Under the pieces are notes generated by a model. The model worked only from the letters and a program-made list of their open reading frames with translations, searched no databases and was not told where the DNA came from. Made by a program: the position numbers and the translations under genes. A stretch of 60,432 nt of DNA from contig JBAZLC010000004.1 of NCBI GenBank assembly GCA_041650415.1, forward strand, positions 1 to 60,432. The letters are read 5' to 3'. The DNA comes from Minisyncoccota bacterium (GTDB taxonomy: Bacteria > Patescibacteriota > Minisyncoccia > UBA6257 > UBA9933). Positions within the stretch are counted from its first letter, which is position 1, and the number at the start of each line of letters is the position of its first letter. Positions 17,782 through 26,700 of the stretch are shown piece by piece.

Positions 17782-18033
17782 ATGGCGGAAAAAAAGCCAA
17801 TCGGCGAAGTCACTCATTATTACGACAAAATCGGCGTAGCGGTCGTAAAATTTTCTAAAGCCGTGAAAGTCGGCGACGAAATTCAATTTAAGGGGAATCA
17901 GACGGATTTCGGGCAAGCAATCAGTTCGATGCAGTTTGACCATAAAAATATCGAGAGCGCGAAAAAAGGCGACGAAGTAGGAATGAAAGTTGACGACCAC
18001 GTTAGGCAAGGCGATAAGGTGTTTGAGGCTTAA
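17782..18033 (+). CDS. Small beta-barrel protein resembling translation-factor domain 2
   Basis: IGEVTHYYDKIGVAVVKFSKAVKVGDEIQFKG...AKKGDEVGMKVDDHVRQGDKV. Confidence 0.55.
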   Translation: MAEKKPIGEVTHYYDKIGVAVVKFSKAVKVGDEIQFKGNQTDFGQAISSMQFDHKNIESAKKGDEVGMKVDDHVRQGDKVFEA

Positions 18034-18128
18034 AAACAGCAAATCATTAGCCGTAAAAAAGCGAAACCAATTCGCGGCTTATAGTTTGTTGTTTTTTTAT
18101 TTGTCTTTAAGTTTGTTATAATAAAACA

Positions 18129-19253
18129 ATGTGTAAAAAACTTTTTACGCCGGCGTGGCTGTTGTCCGGAGCGATTATCGGTGCGGGTATATTTGCTTTG
18201 CCTTTTGTTTTTGAAAAAGCCGGGACATTAACAGGCCTGATTTATTTGGCGGTTTTCGGATTGGTTTTTGTCTTGCTTCATCTTATGTATGCCGATGTGA
18301 TAGCCAAAACCGAGGGAGAGCATCTTTTCCCTGGCTATGCGAAAATTTATTTCGGCAATTTAGGATTTTGGCTCACGATAATTTCCTCTATTTTTGGCTT
18401 GTTTCTTACTTTGGTCGCTTACCTCGCCCTTTCGGCGAGTTTTCTGGAAATTATTTTCCCGAACGCTTTCAATGGTTTTAACATTTTGATTTTTTGGCTT
18501 CTTGGTTCGGCGGCGTTTTTTTTGGAAATCCGCAAAATGTCTTTTTTGGAGCTTTTTATAACCTCGGGCGTAATTTTCATTTCAATTTTGGTTTTTGCCT
18601 TCGGAATTCCGGATTTTGATAAAATAGCTTCAATGCCGGTTTTCGATTTCAAAAATTTATTTATCCCTTATGGAGTGATTTTGTTTTCTTTTAGTGGTAG
18701 AGTGGCGATTCCGGCGGTGATAAATTATTTTCGCAAAACAAATCAATCGGTTGCCTGCGCCAATAAATCTATTGTTTTAGGGACTTTAATTCCGGCAATC
18801 GTTTACGCTTTGTTTGTTTTTGGCATTTTGGGTCTTTCCGGAACCGTTTCAGAAGATGCGGTGTCGGGATTGGTAGGCGTTGTCGGCCAGTTAGTTTTGG
18901 CTCTAGTGGCGGTTTTTGCTTTAGTCTCGCTGTGGGATTCATATGTGATTGTTGGTATGGATGTAAGAAATTCTTTGATGTTTGATTTGAAATTTCCTAA
19001 AATCATAGCTGGCATTATGGTGATTATTTTGCCTATATTGTTTTATTTTTACGGATTACGGGAATTTTTGACTCTTGCGGGCATTATCGGCGGAGTGTTT
19101 ATCGCTTTTGAGGGAATCGTTATTTGTTTGATGTGGCTGAAATCTTTAAAAACAAAAACCGAAAGGGTTTTTCTTAAAAAATTGAGTCCGGTTTTCGCTT
19201 ACGTTTTAGTGCTTGTTTTTATCGGTGGATTGGTTTATGAATTAATGTATTGA
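18129..19253 (+). CDS. Amino-acid permease-like membrane transporter, about 11 TM
   Basis: GAIIGAGIFALPFVFEKAGTLTGLIYL and hydrophobic throughout. Confidence 0.65.
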   Translation: MCKKLFTPAWLLSGAIIGAGIFALPFVFEKAGTLTGLIYLAVFGLVFVLLHLMYADVIAKTEGEHLFPGYAKIYFGNLGFWLTIISSIFGLFLTLVAYLALSASFLEIIFPNAFNGFNILIFWLLGSAAFFLEIRKMSFLELFITSGVIFISILVFAFGIPDFDKIASMPVFDFKNLFIPYGVILFSFSGRVAIPAVINYFRKTNQSVACANKSIVLGTLIPAIVYALFVFGILGLSGTVSEDAVSGLVGVVGQLVLALVAVFALVSLWDSYVIVGMDVRNSLMFDLKFPKIIAGIMVIILPILFYFYGLREFLTLAGIIGGVFIAFEGIVICLMWLKSLKTKTERVFLKKLSPVFAYVLVLVFIGGLVYELMY

Positions 19254-19262
19254 ACCATTGCC

Positions 19263-19334
19263 GCCCTCGTGGTTGAATGGATACAATGCCTCCCTCCGAA
19301 GGAGGCGGTACAGGTTCGATTCCTGTCGAGGGCA
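19263..19334 (+). tRNA. tRNA-Arg, anticodon CCG
   Basis: GCCCTCG TG GTTG AATGGATA CAAT G CCTCC CTCCGAA GGAGG CGGT ACAGG TTCGATT CCTGT CGAGGGC A. Confidence 0.85.
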
Positions 19335-19340
19335 CACAAT

Positions 19341-19412
19341 GGGCGCTTAGTTTAATGGTAAAACGTCTCGTTTACACCGAGAAGACCAGGGGTCCGATTC
19401 CCTTAGCGCCCA
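19341..19412 (+). tRNA. tRNA-Val, anticodon UAC
   Basis: GGGCGCT TA GTTT AATGGTA AAAC G TCTCG TTTACAC CGAGA AGACC AGGGG TCCGATT CCCTT AGCGCCC A. Confidence 0.85.
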
Positions 19413-19420
19413 CTGCAAAA

Positions 19421-20734
19421 ATGAAGTTTATTGCCGACTTACATATTCACTCAAAATATTCCCGCGCCACTTCCAGGGATATGGATTTAGAAGAGCTTGA
19501 CCGCTGGGCGGACGACAAAGGAATTTCGGTAATGGCGACTGGAGATTTTACCCATCCGCAATGGTTCGCCGAACTTAAAGAAAAATTGGAGCCGGCGGAG
19601 CCCGGGCTTTTTAAATTAAAACAGCAATATAAGCGGCAGACCATAAAAGGAACTTTGGCGGAAACGAGATTTATTTTAACAGCCGAAGTTTCAAGTATTT
19701 ATTCCCGCGAATCTCCGTCTAATGGCCAAAAAAGAGTTTATCGGGTTCATAATTTACTTTTTGCGCCAGATTTTGAAACCGTTGAAAAAATAAACGCGCA
19801 GCTTGGCTGGATAGGTAATTTGAAATCAGACGGCCGGCCGATATTGGGACTTGATTGCCGGGAACTGGCGAAAATAGTTTTTGGCGCCAGTCCTTTGGCG
19901 GTAATAATTCCGGCGCACGCCTGGACGCCGTGGTTTTCGATTTTCGGCTCGATGTCGGGGTTTGATTCTATAGAAGAATGTTTCGGTGAATACGCGAAAA
20001 ATATTTTTGCCCTTGAAACCGGGCTTTCAAGCGACCCGGCAATGAATTGGCGGCTTTCAAAATTGGACAATATCGCTTTGATTTCCAATTCCGATTCTCA
20101 TTCCGCTCCAAGAATCGGCAGAGAGGCGAATATTTTTGATACGGAATTATCGTACGTCGGAATTATGGATGCGATAAAATCAGGAGCGTCAAAATTCGTT
20201 GCCACGATTGAATTTTTCCCCGAAGAAGGCAGATACCATTTCGACGGACACAGAATTTGCGGCATCGTTTTTTCTCCCGAAGAAACTAAGAAATATAATG
20301 GAATTTGCCCGAAATGCGGCAAAAAACTGACAATCGGAGTAATGAATCGGATAGACCAGCTAGCGAATAAGCCGGAAATAAAATTAGAAAAAGAAAACTT
20401 TTTAAACGCTTACGACAACAGAGTTCCGTATTATAGCTTGATTCCTCTTGACGAAATTATCGCCGAGGTTTATGGTATGGGGGTTGCGGCGAAGAAAGTT
20501 AAGGAAGAATATATTAAATTAATCAAAGCGTTTGGTTCGGAGCTGAAAATTTTGATTGATTTAAGCGTTGAAGAATTAAGAGCTATTGCCGATGAAAAAG
20601 TCGTGAAAGGAATATCGGCGGTTCGCGCAAAAAAGTTGAAAGTAGAGCCGGGATACGATGGCGAATACGGCAAAATAAAAATTTTCAGCGACCAAGAAAG
20701 AGAAAATTTAGAAGTTCAAAAAAAATTATTTTAA
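19421..20734 (+). CDS. PHP-domain protein resembling endonuclease Q (EndoQ), with a zinc ribbon
   Basis: MKFIADLHIHSKYSRATS..., PAHAWTPWFS, SDSH, CPKCGKKLTIGVMNRI. The start was moved to 19421 because the track ORF start at 19277 runs through two tRNA genes. Confidence 0.7.
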   Translation: MKFIADLHIHSKYSRATSRDMDLEELDRWADDKGISVMATGDFTHPQWFAELKEKLEPAEPGLFKLKQQYKRQTIKGTLAETRFILTAEVSSIYSRESPSNGQKRVYRVHNLLFAPDFETVEKINAQLGWIGNLKSDGRPILGLDCRELAKIVFGASPLAVIIPAHAWTPWFSIFGSMSGFDSIEECFGEYAKNIFALETGLSSDPAMNWRLSKLDNIALISNSDSHSAPRIGREANIFDTELSYVGIMDAIKSGASKFVATIEFFPEEGRYHFDGHRICGIVFSPEETKKYNGICPKCGKKLTIGVMNRIDQLANKPEIKLEKENFLNAYDNRVPYYSLIPLDEIIAEVYGMGVAAKKVKEEYIKLIKAFGSELKILIDLSVEELRAIADEKVVKGISAVRAKKLKVEPGYDGEYGKIKIFSDQERENLEVQKKLF

Positions 20735-20743
20735 TCTAAAATT

Positions 20744-21313
20744 ATGTTTTCATATAACGAATTAAAACCGGGAATGTTTATTGTTTTAAACGGCCAGCCC
20801 TTTGCGGTGCAAGAGTCGGAATTTTTGCGCATGCAGCAAAGAAAGCCGGTCATGAAAACAAAACTGAAAAATCTTATCTCCGGTTCGGTTGTCGAGCGTT
20901 CTTTTCAGCCGAGCGATCAATTGGAAGAAGCGGAAATGGAAAAAGTCCAAGTTAAATTTCTTTACGTCAACCGCGGCGAAGTTTGGTTCTGCGACGCGAA
21001 TAACCCCAAGAACAGATTTCAAATTGGCGCGGATATAATCGCCGGAAAAGAATTGTTTTTGAAACCGAATTCGGAAGTCGCGGCGTTAAAATTCAACGAT
21101 AAAATTCTTAGCATCGAAGTTCCGGTAAAAATGGAATTTAAAGTTGTCGAAGCGCCGCCCGGAATAAAAGGCGACACGGCTCAAGGCGGTTCAAAAGCCG
21201 TTATTATTGAAACGGGCGCCAAAATAAACACTCCTCTTTTTATAAACGAAGGCGATATTATTCGCATAAACACTGAAACCGGCTCTTATGTTGAAAGAGT
21301 TGAAAAAGCTTAA
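20744..21313 (+). CDS. efp: Elongation factor P
   Basis: LKPGMFIVLNGQPFAVQESEF...KPVMKTKLKNL...GDTAQGGSKAVIIETGAKINTPLFI. Confidence 0.95.
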   Translation: MFSYNELKPGMFIVLNGQPFAVQESEFLRMQQRKPVMKTKLKNLISGSVVERSFQPSDQLEEAEMEKVQVKFLYVNRGEVWFCDANNPKNRFQIGADIIAGKELFLKPNSEVAALKFNDKILSIEVPVKMEFKVVEAPPGIKGDTAQGGSKAVIIETGAKINTPLFINEGDIIRINTETGSYVERVEKA

Positions 21314-22349
21314 AAAGAAAAAAGTATTTGTCGGAATGTCGGGCGGCGTGGACTCCAGCGTCGCGGCATTATTACTTAAGAAAAAAGGCTACGACGTAGT
21401 CGGCGTTTTTATGAACTGTTATGAATCAAAAGACGGCTGTTCGAAAAGAGACAGTCGCGATGCCGCTTTGGTCGCTCAAAAACTTAAAATTCCTTTTTAC
21501 GTTTGGGATTTCCGCAAGCAATACGAAAAGAAAGTTATCGAATACATGATAGACGGCTATAAAAAGGGCCTGACTCCGAATCCCGACGTGATGTGCAATA
21601 AAGAAATAAAATTCGGTTTGTTTTTGGAGAAGGCGTTGAAACTAGGCGCCGATTACGTGGCAACCGGCCATTACGTAAAAATAAAAAATGGAAATCTTTT
21701 CATTGCCAAAGACAAAAACAAAGATCAGTCGTATTTCTTGTGGACGCTGACACCGGATCAATTGAAATATTGTTTGTTTCCAATAGGCGATTATATAAAG
21801 CCTCAAGTGCGAAAAATCGCCAAAGCTGCCGGTTTAATAACCGCCGACAAAAAAGATTCACAAGGCGTGTGCTTTTTGGGAAAAATAAAGCTTGAAGATT
21901 TTCTTAAAAAATACATTCCCAAGAAAAAGGGTAAAGTTTTGGATTCAAAGGGAAATATTATCGGCGAACACCGCGGCGTCCAGTTTTATACCATCGGCCA
22001 AAGGCATATAGACGCGAAAATAAATTTTCCAGCCTGCAAAAAAGACAGACAACCGTATTACGTCGCCGAAAAAGACAAAAAAACAAATACGCTTGTTCTT
22101 GCCGAAGGAAGTGAAAACCCGTCGCTTTTCAAAAAAGAAGTTGAACTTGTAAATGTTAATTTTTTTCACAGCGGTTCCGTAATGGCGAGAGTCCGCTACC
22201 GCCAGCCGCTTTTTCTGGCGTCATTAATAATAGATAAATCCTCGGTTAAATTGGTATTCGCTAAGCCCGTTAAATTCGTTGCTCCGGGCCAATCAGCCGT
22301 GTTTTACGACAAAAAAGACCGCCTCCTCGGCGGCGGAGTTATTCTATGA
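21288..22349 (+). CDS. mnmA: tRNA-specific 2-thiouridylase MnmA
   Basis: PP-loop GMSGGVDSS, NPDVMCNKEIKF, KDQSYFL. Confidence 0.9.
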   Translation: MLKELKKLKKKKVFVGMSGGVDSSVAALLLKKKGYDVVGVFMNCYESKDGCSKRDSRDAALVAQKLKIPFYVWDFRKQYEKKVIEYMIDGYKKGLTPNPDVMCNKEIKFGLFLEKALKLGADYVATGHYVKIKNGNLFIAKDKNKDQSYFLWTLTPDQLKYCLFPIGDYIKPQVRKIAKAAGLITADKKDSQGVCFLGKIKLEDFLKKYIPKKKGKVLDSKGNIIGEHRGVQFYTIGQRHIDAKINFPACKKDRQPYYVAEKDKKTNTLVLAEGSENPSLFKKEVELVNVNFFHSGSVMARVRYRQPLFLASLIIDKSSVKLVFAKPVKFVAPGQSAVFYDKKDRLLGGGVIL

Positions 22350-22392
22350 GAAAAATCCTTTTACGGGAGCCGATTTCTCTAATTAGGTGGCT

Positions 22393-22446
22393 GATAATTG
22401 TTTCATAAAGTTTATGCTATAGCATAAACTTTATGAAACAATTATC
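22393..22446. repeat. Perfect 54-bp palindrome between the convergent mnmA and PaaX-like genes
   Basis: gataattgtttcataaagtttatgcta|tagcataaactttatgaaacaattatc. Confidence 0.9.
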
Positions 22447-22461
22447 GGTGAGCGGTGCAGC

Positions 22462-23031
22462 TTATAAATTAAACCATTTTTTAACCTCTTTTTCTTTTGG
22501 TATCTCGATTGCAGTAATTTGATGAATATATTTATTTAAATTAATATCAAAAACAGCGCAGAGAAATTCTATTTCCGGCATGCAGTCGCAGGGCGAAATC
22601 AAAACGCTTTTTTGAAGAGGATAAAGGCCGAGCTGTCTTATTTTGAGACCAAAAGCATTACGCGCCTGTTTATAATTTTCGGGAATATCATAAATAATAA
22701 TCCGCCACTTGCCGTCCCACTTTTTTGTCTTGTCCAGTCTTAGGTCGTCTAGTTTGTATTTCCGCGTAAGCAATTTGCCTTTATTTGTAAGTGTTATTTT
22801 GACTTCGCCGTCACTTAGTTCTTCAAAAGAAATAAGTTTTTTGCTTTCTAATTGTCTTAATTTTCTAGCCCTCGCATATGCCGTCTTTTTATTTTTATCT
22901 TTAAAATAAGAATTTACAATTTGATGCAAAAAATACGGAGAAGTTGCGGCGACTAAGACAAATGCCCCACCAAGCGCTATTTTCAAGACAGTGTCCTTTG
23001 TTAGGTTGTCGACCTTCCAATTTCTTATCAT
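22462..23031 (-). CDS. PaaX-like protein with a Cas2/VapD-type ferredoxin-fold core and one N-terminal hydrophobic segment
   Basis: WDGKWRIIIYDIPENYKQARNAFGLKIRQLGLYPLQKSVLISP, preceded by a winged-helix-like region (RKLRQLESKKLISFEE). Confidence 0.6.
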   Translation of the reverse strand: MIRNWKVDNLTKDTVLKIALGGAFVLVAATSPYFLHQIVNSYFKDKNKKTAYARARKLRQLESKKLISFEELSDGEVKITLTNKGKLLTRKYKLDDLRLDKTKKWDGKWRIIIYDIPENYKQARNAFGLKIRQLGLYPLQKSVLISPCDCMPEIEFLCAVFDINLNKYIHQITAIEIPKEKEVKKWFNL

Positions 23032-23074
23032 ATTTAAGATTTGCTATATTTATATCTACAACTTTGATATAGAC

Positions 23075-23116
23075 TGTTGTATAAATTATATGCTATAGCA
23101 TAGATTTTGTACAACA
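23075..23116. repeat. Degenerate 42-bp copy of the same palindromic element (18 of 21 arm positions pair)
   Basis: tgttgtataaattatatgcta|tagcatagattttgtacaaca. It shares the 14-bp core tatgctatagcata, and 17 of 22 half-site positions, with 22393-22446. Confidence 0.8.
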
Positions 23117-23217
23117 ATTAGTTATCCACCTTTTTTTGGCAAAATCGATTTGTTATAATAATATTAAAGCTAGTGAGGGAGCGGTCCCTCTTTTATTTTT
23201 ATAAAAATTTTAAAACT

Positions 23218-23760
23218 ATGGAAGAACAAAATCTTTTATTGGATTCGCCGAAAAAAAGTAAATATTTGAAATTTGTCGCTGGGTTTTTGGGAATTATAAT
23301 TTTGTTTGCCGGTGGATATTTTATTTGGGATAGATATTTGAGCCCAGAGGCGAGACTGGATAGGGAAAGAGAACAGGGTGTTCAGAAATATCTTGATTTG
23401 GTGAAAAATTACGAAGACGCAATGAAAAACGATACTTATGGCGGAAAAACCCCCGAAGAAACATTAAAAATGTTTATTGATGCTTTAAAAAATGATGATG
23501 TTGAGTTGGCGAGTAAATACTTTGTACTTGACGAGAATGGAAAAGTTAACCCAAAGTGGATAAAGGGATTACAAGATACAAAGGATGCGGGACGGTTTCA
23601 AGGTTTGGCTACTTTGCTCTCTGGGGCAATTGCTGATGAAGATAATTCCACTTCGGCTGAAGATTTTAAGTTTAAAGCATATGAGAATAATGTTTTGAAG
23701 GCATATGTGAATATGCAATTCAATAAATATTCTGGAATATGGAAAATCGAAAGCATGTAA
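23218..23760 (+). CDS. Membrane-anchored hypothetical protein (single N-terminal TM)
   Basis: MEEQNLLLDSPKKSKYLKFVAGFLGIIILFAGGYFIW... It overlaps the next gene by 22 nt. Confidence 0.6.
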   Translation: MEEQNLLLDSPKKSKYLKFVAGFLGIIILFAGGYFIWDRYLSPEARLDREREQGVQKYLDLVKNYEDAMKNDTYGGKTPEETLKMFIDALKNDDVELASKYFVLDENGKVNPKWIKGLQDTKDAGRFQGLATLLSGAIADEDNSTSAEDFKFKAYENNVLKAYVNMQFNKYSGIWKIESM

Positions 23761-26700
23761 AATTTTTAGTCCCAATTTTTATATTGGGACTTTTTATTTT
23801 TCAAAACAACATAGCTTTTGCTTATGATGTTGATACGCACGCCTATCTTACGAGCGAGGTTGTTAAATTTTATAACCAAAACTTCCCAAATAGTAAAATT
23901 TCAAATGAGTTAAATGATTATTTAATAGATGGTTCTCGTAAAGAAGACGATGTGCCGCGTCCAATGAATCATTTCTATGACCCGGTTAATAATCGCGGCC
24001 TGGTCGATTCTACGCTGGGGAGTTGGCAAAAATCAAAAGATTGGTCACAAGACAGCAATAACCAAAATAAGTCGACGTATAAAGTTCCCGCGACAGTGGC
24101 TTCGATTTTGACTGCAATTCAGCAAAGGTCAATAAATTTAATAACAGACGAAACTGATTTTACTTGGCAAAGGGCTATTAAATTTTATGTTGCAGGCGAC
24201 AAAGAAAAAGCAATGTTTATATTGGGGCACATCTTGCATTTAATTGAAGATGCCTCAGTCCCGGAGCATACAAGAAATGACATCCATCTTTTAACTAATC
24301 CCTACGAAAATTATACCGATAAATTTTCAATTTATAGTCCAGATAGCAAATTAACACAAAAATTGGCGAACAAAGGACCTATAAATTTAGATAGCTTGAA
24401 TTCTTATTTTGATAATTTGGCGAATTATTCAAATAACAATTTTTATAGCGTTGGAACTATTGGGGTGCAAAGCGGATATGAAAAACCTGTGCCAGCCGAT
24501 TACGAAAAAATAAATGAACTTTACTATGCTCTAAATAGCGCAAATGATAGTGTTTATAAATTATCGGTCCAACCTACGAGGTCGAGCGTGTTAATGAATA
24601 TTGATGGCATTGTGTCCATAGATGATAGATTAGTTTTAGATAATTATTGGTCGCTTTTATCTGTGAAATCTATTCAATACGGTGCTGGTGTAATAAATTT
24701 GTTTTTTCAGGAGGTTGAAAAAGCGAAAAACGACCCAAATTTTAATACCACAGAAGAAAAGTCATTTATTGGTAAGGCCGTGGAAGCAACCAGTAATTTC
24801 ATAGCGCAAGTTAGTTCAACAGCGAATAATATTGTTTCTTCGGCTGGTAATTTTTTAACTGGAATTTTTAAAACAGGTGATAATTTTCAACAAGTAGGGC
24901 AAATAGATTTAAGCCAAAGCGAGAGTCAAAATCTTGATAAGAATAGCGAGACTCAATCGGTAAATAAAGAATTAACGCCGAAATCGAATGAGCAAATAAA
25001 TCAAACAAAAGACGTCATGGAGTTAGATGAAAACGAAATTGTTTTAGAAAACGGAAATCAAGATGATTTTAAATTAGATAAAAATCTAAAAGATAAGGTT
25101 AAGGTAATACCCGCGACAACGGTAAAACAATGCCCTTTTGATACAATTCAAACTCTTTCGCGCCAAAAAGTTATTATTAATGAGGTCGCTTGGATGGGGA
25201 GTTCAAACAGCGCCAACGATGAGTGGATTGAATTGAAAAATATTTCCGGCGGCGATATTGATATAAGCGGCTGGCAGTTAGTAGATAAAGACGAGCAAAT
25301 TAAAATAAATTTTGCTTCCATTGAGGGAGGCAAAATAGTTGGCCCAAATAGAATACTTTTATTTGAAAGAACTGACGACGATTCGGTTCTGGGTATAAAA
25401 GCCGATTTGATTTATAGCGGAGCGTTATCAAATACAAATGAGGGATTGCGGCTTTTTGATGAACAATGCAATTTAGTCGATGAGATTTCGGCGGACCCCG
25501 ATTGGCCGGCGGGGAATAGCAGTGAAAGAAAAACAACGGAGCGTGATATTGGAGGTTTTAATTGGCATACTTCAAATATCATAAATGGGACGCCAAAAGC
25601 GGAAAATTCAGGAGGATTAATTACGTCGAAGGCGACGCAAGTAACTTATTCAGGTGGAGGCGGAAGCTCAAGTAACCAAAATCAGCAGTTGACTCAGGCA
25701 AAAATTTTAATAAATGAGGTTCAAATTTCTCCGGCTGGAAGCAGATTTATAAAGCTTTACAACCCAAATAATTCCGATGTTAATTTAACAAATTGGTATA
25801 TCCAAAGAAAAACGAAAACTGGAAGCTCTTTTTCTTCTTTAGTTTCAAAAACTTATTTTGAAAATAAAACGATTTCGGCAAAAAATTATTTTTTAATATC
25901 TCGTTCCGCCACTGGCGCTGATGCCGTAGTCGATGATTTAACTTTAACAGAGGCTAACTCCATTCAGATTAAAAATTCCAACGGCGATGTTTCCGATAAG
26001 GTCGGATGGGGGGATGCTATTGATTGCGAAGGCTCATGCGCTTCGGAACCCGCGGAAAACCAAAGCATTAAAAGAAAATCGCAAAACGGCGCATTTGTGG
26101 ACACCGATAATAACGCTAATGATTTTGAGGTTACGAATATTCAAGCAACTCAATCAGACCAGGCGCCAAGCGCCTTTTTTGATTATTCGCCAAAAAGTTT
26201 ACAGGTTGGCCAAACGGTAAATTTTAATGCTTCTTCTTCGACGGACCCTGGAGGTCAAGAAATAGTTTCATATGAATGGAGTTTTGGAGACGGCGGTACG
26301 TTAATTTCCGCAAATCCTACCGCTTCTCATATTTATTCCAGATTCGGAAATTATCAGGCGAGCTTAGTTGTTTTTAACACTAGTGGCGTATCTTCAACTC
26401 CAGCCACGGCAAACATTCCCGTTTCTATATCGGGAGCTGATCATGTCGTAATTTCAGAAATTCTTTTTAAGGCTCAAGGAGATGATGAAGGAAAAGAATT
26501 TATCGAATTATATAATCCGACAAATAGCGACGTAAATCTTTCAGATTATTCTTTGGAAATTTTAACCGGCGACGCTACATCGACAGATTCTTTAGCGAAG
26601 TTCGGTTCTAAGGCTGAAGACGGCATATTAATAAAAAGCAAAAGTTTTTTCTTAATAGGATTTCATAATTACATCGGCAGTATTCCAGCTGATATAACTA

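Noticed and set aside
19277-19420. N-terminal 48 codons of the track ORF 19277-20734 (MDTMPPSEGGGTGSIPVEGTQWALSLMVKRLVYTEKTRGPIPLAPTAK)
   Set aside because: This stretch is exactly tRNA-Arg(CCG) plus tRNA-Val(UAC) read as protein. The real gene starts at the MKFIADLHIHS methionine at 19421.
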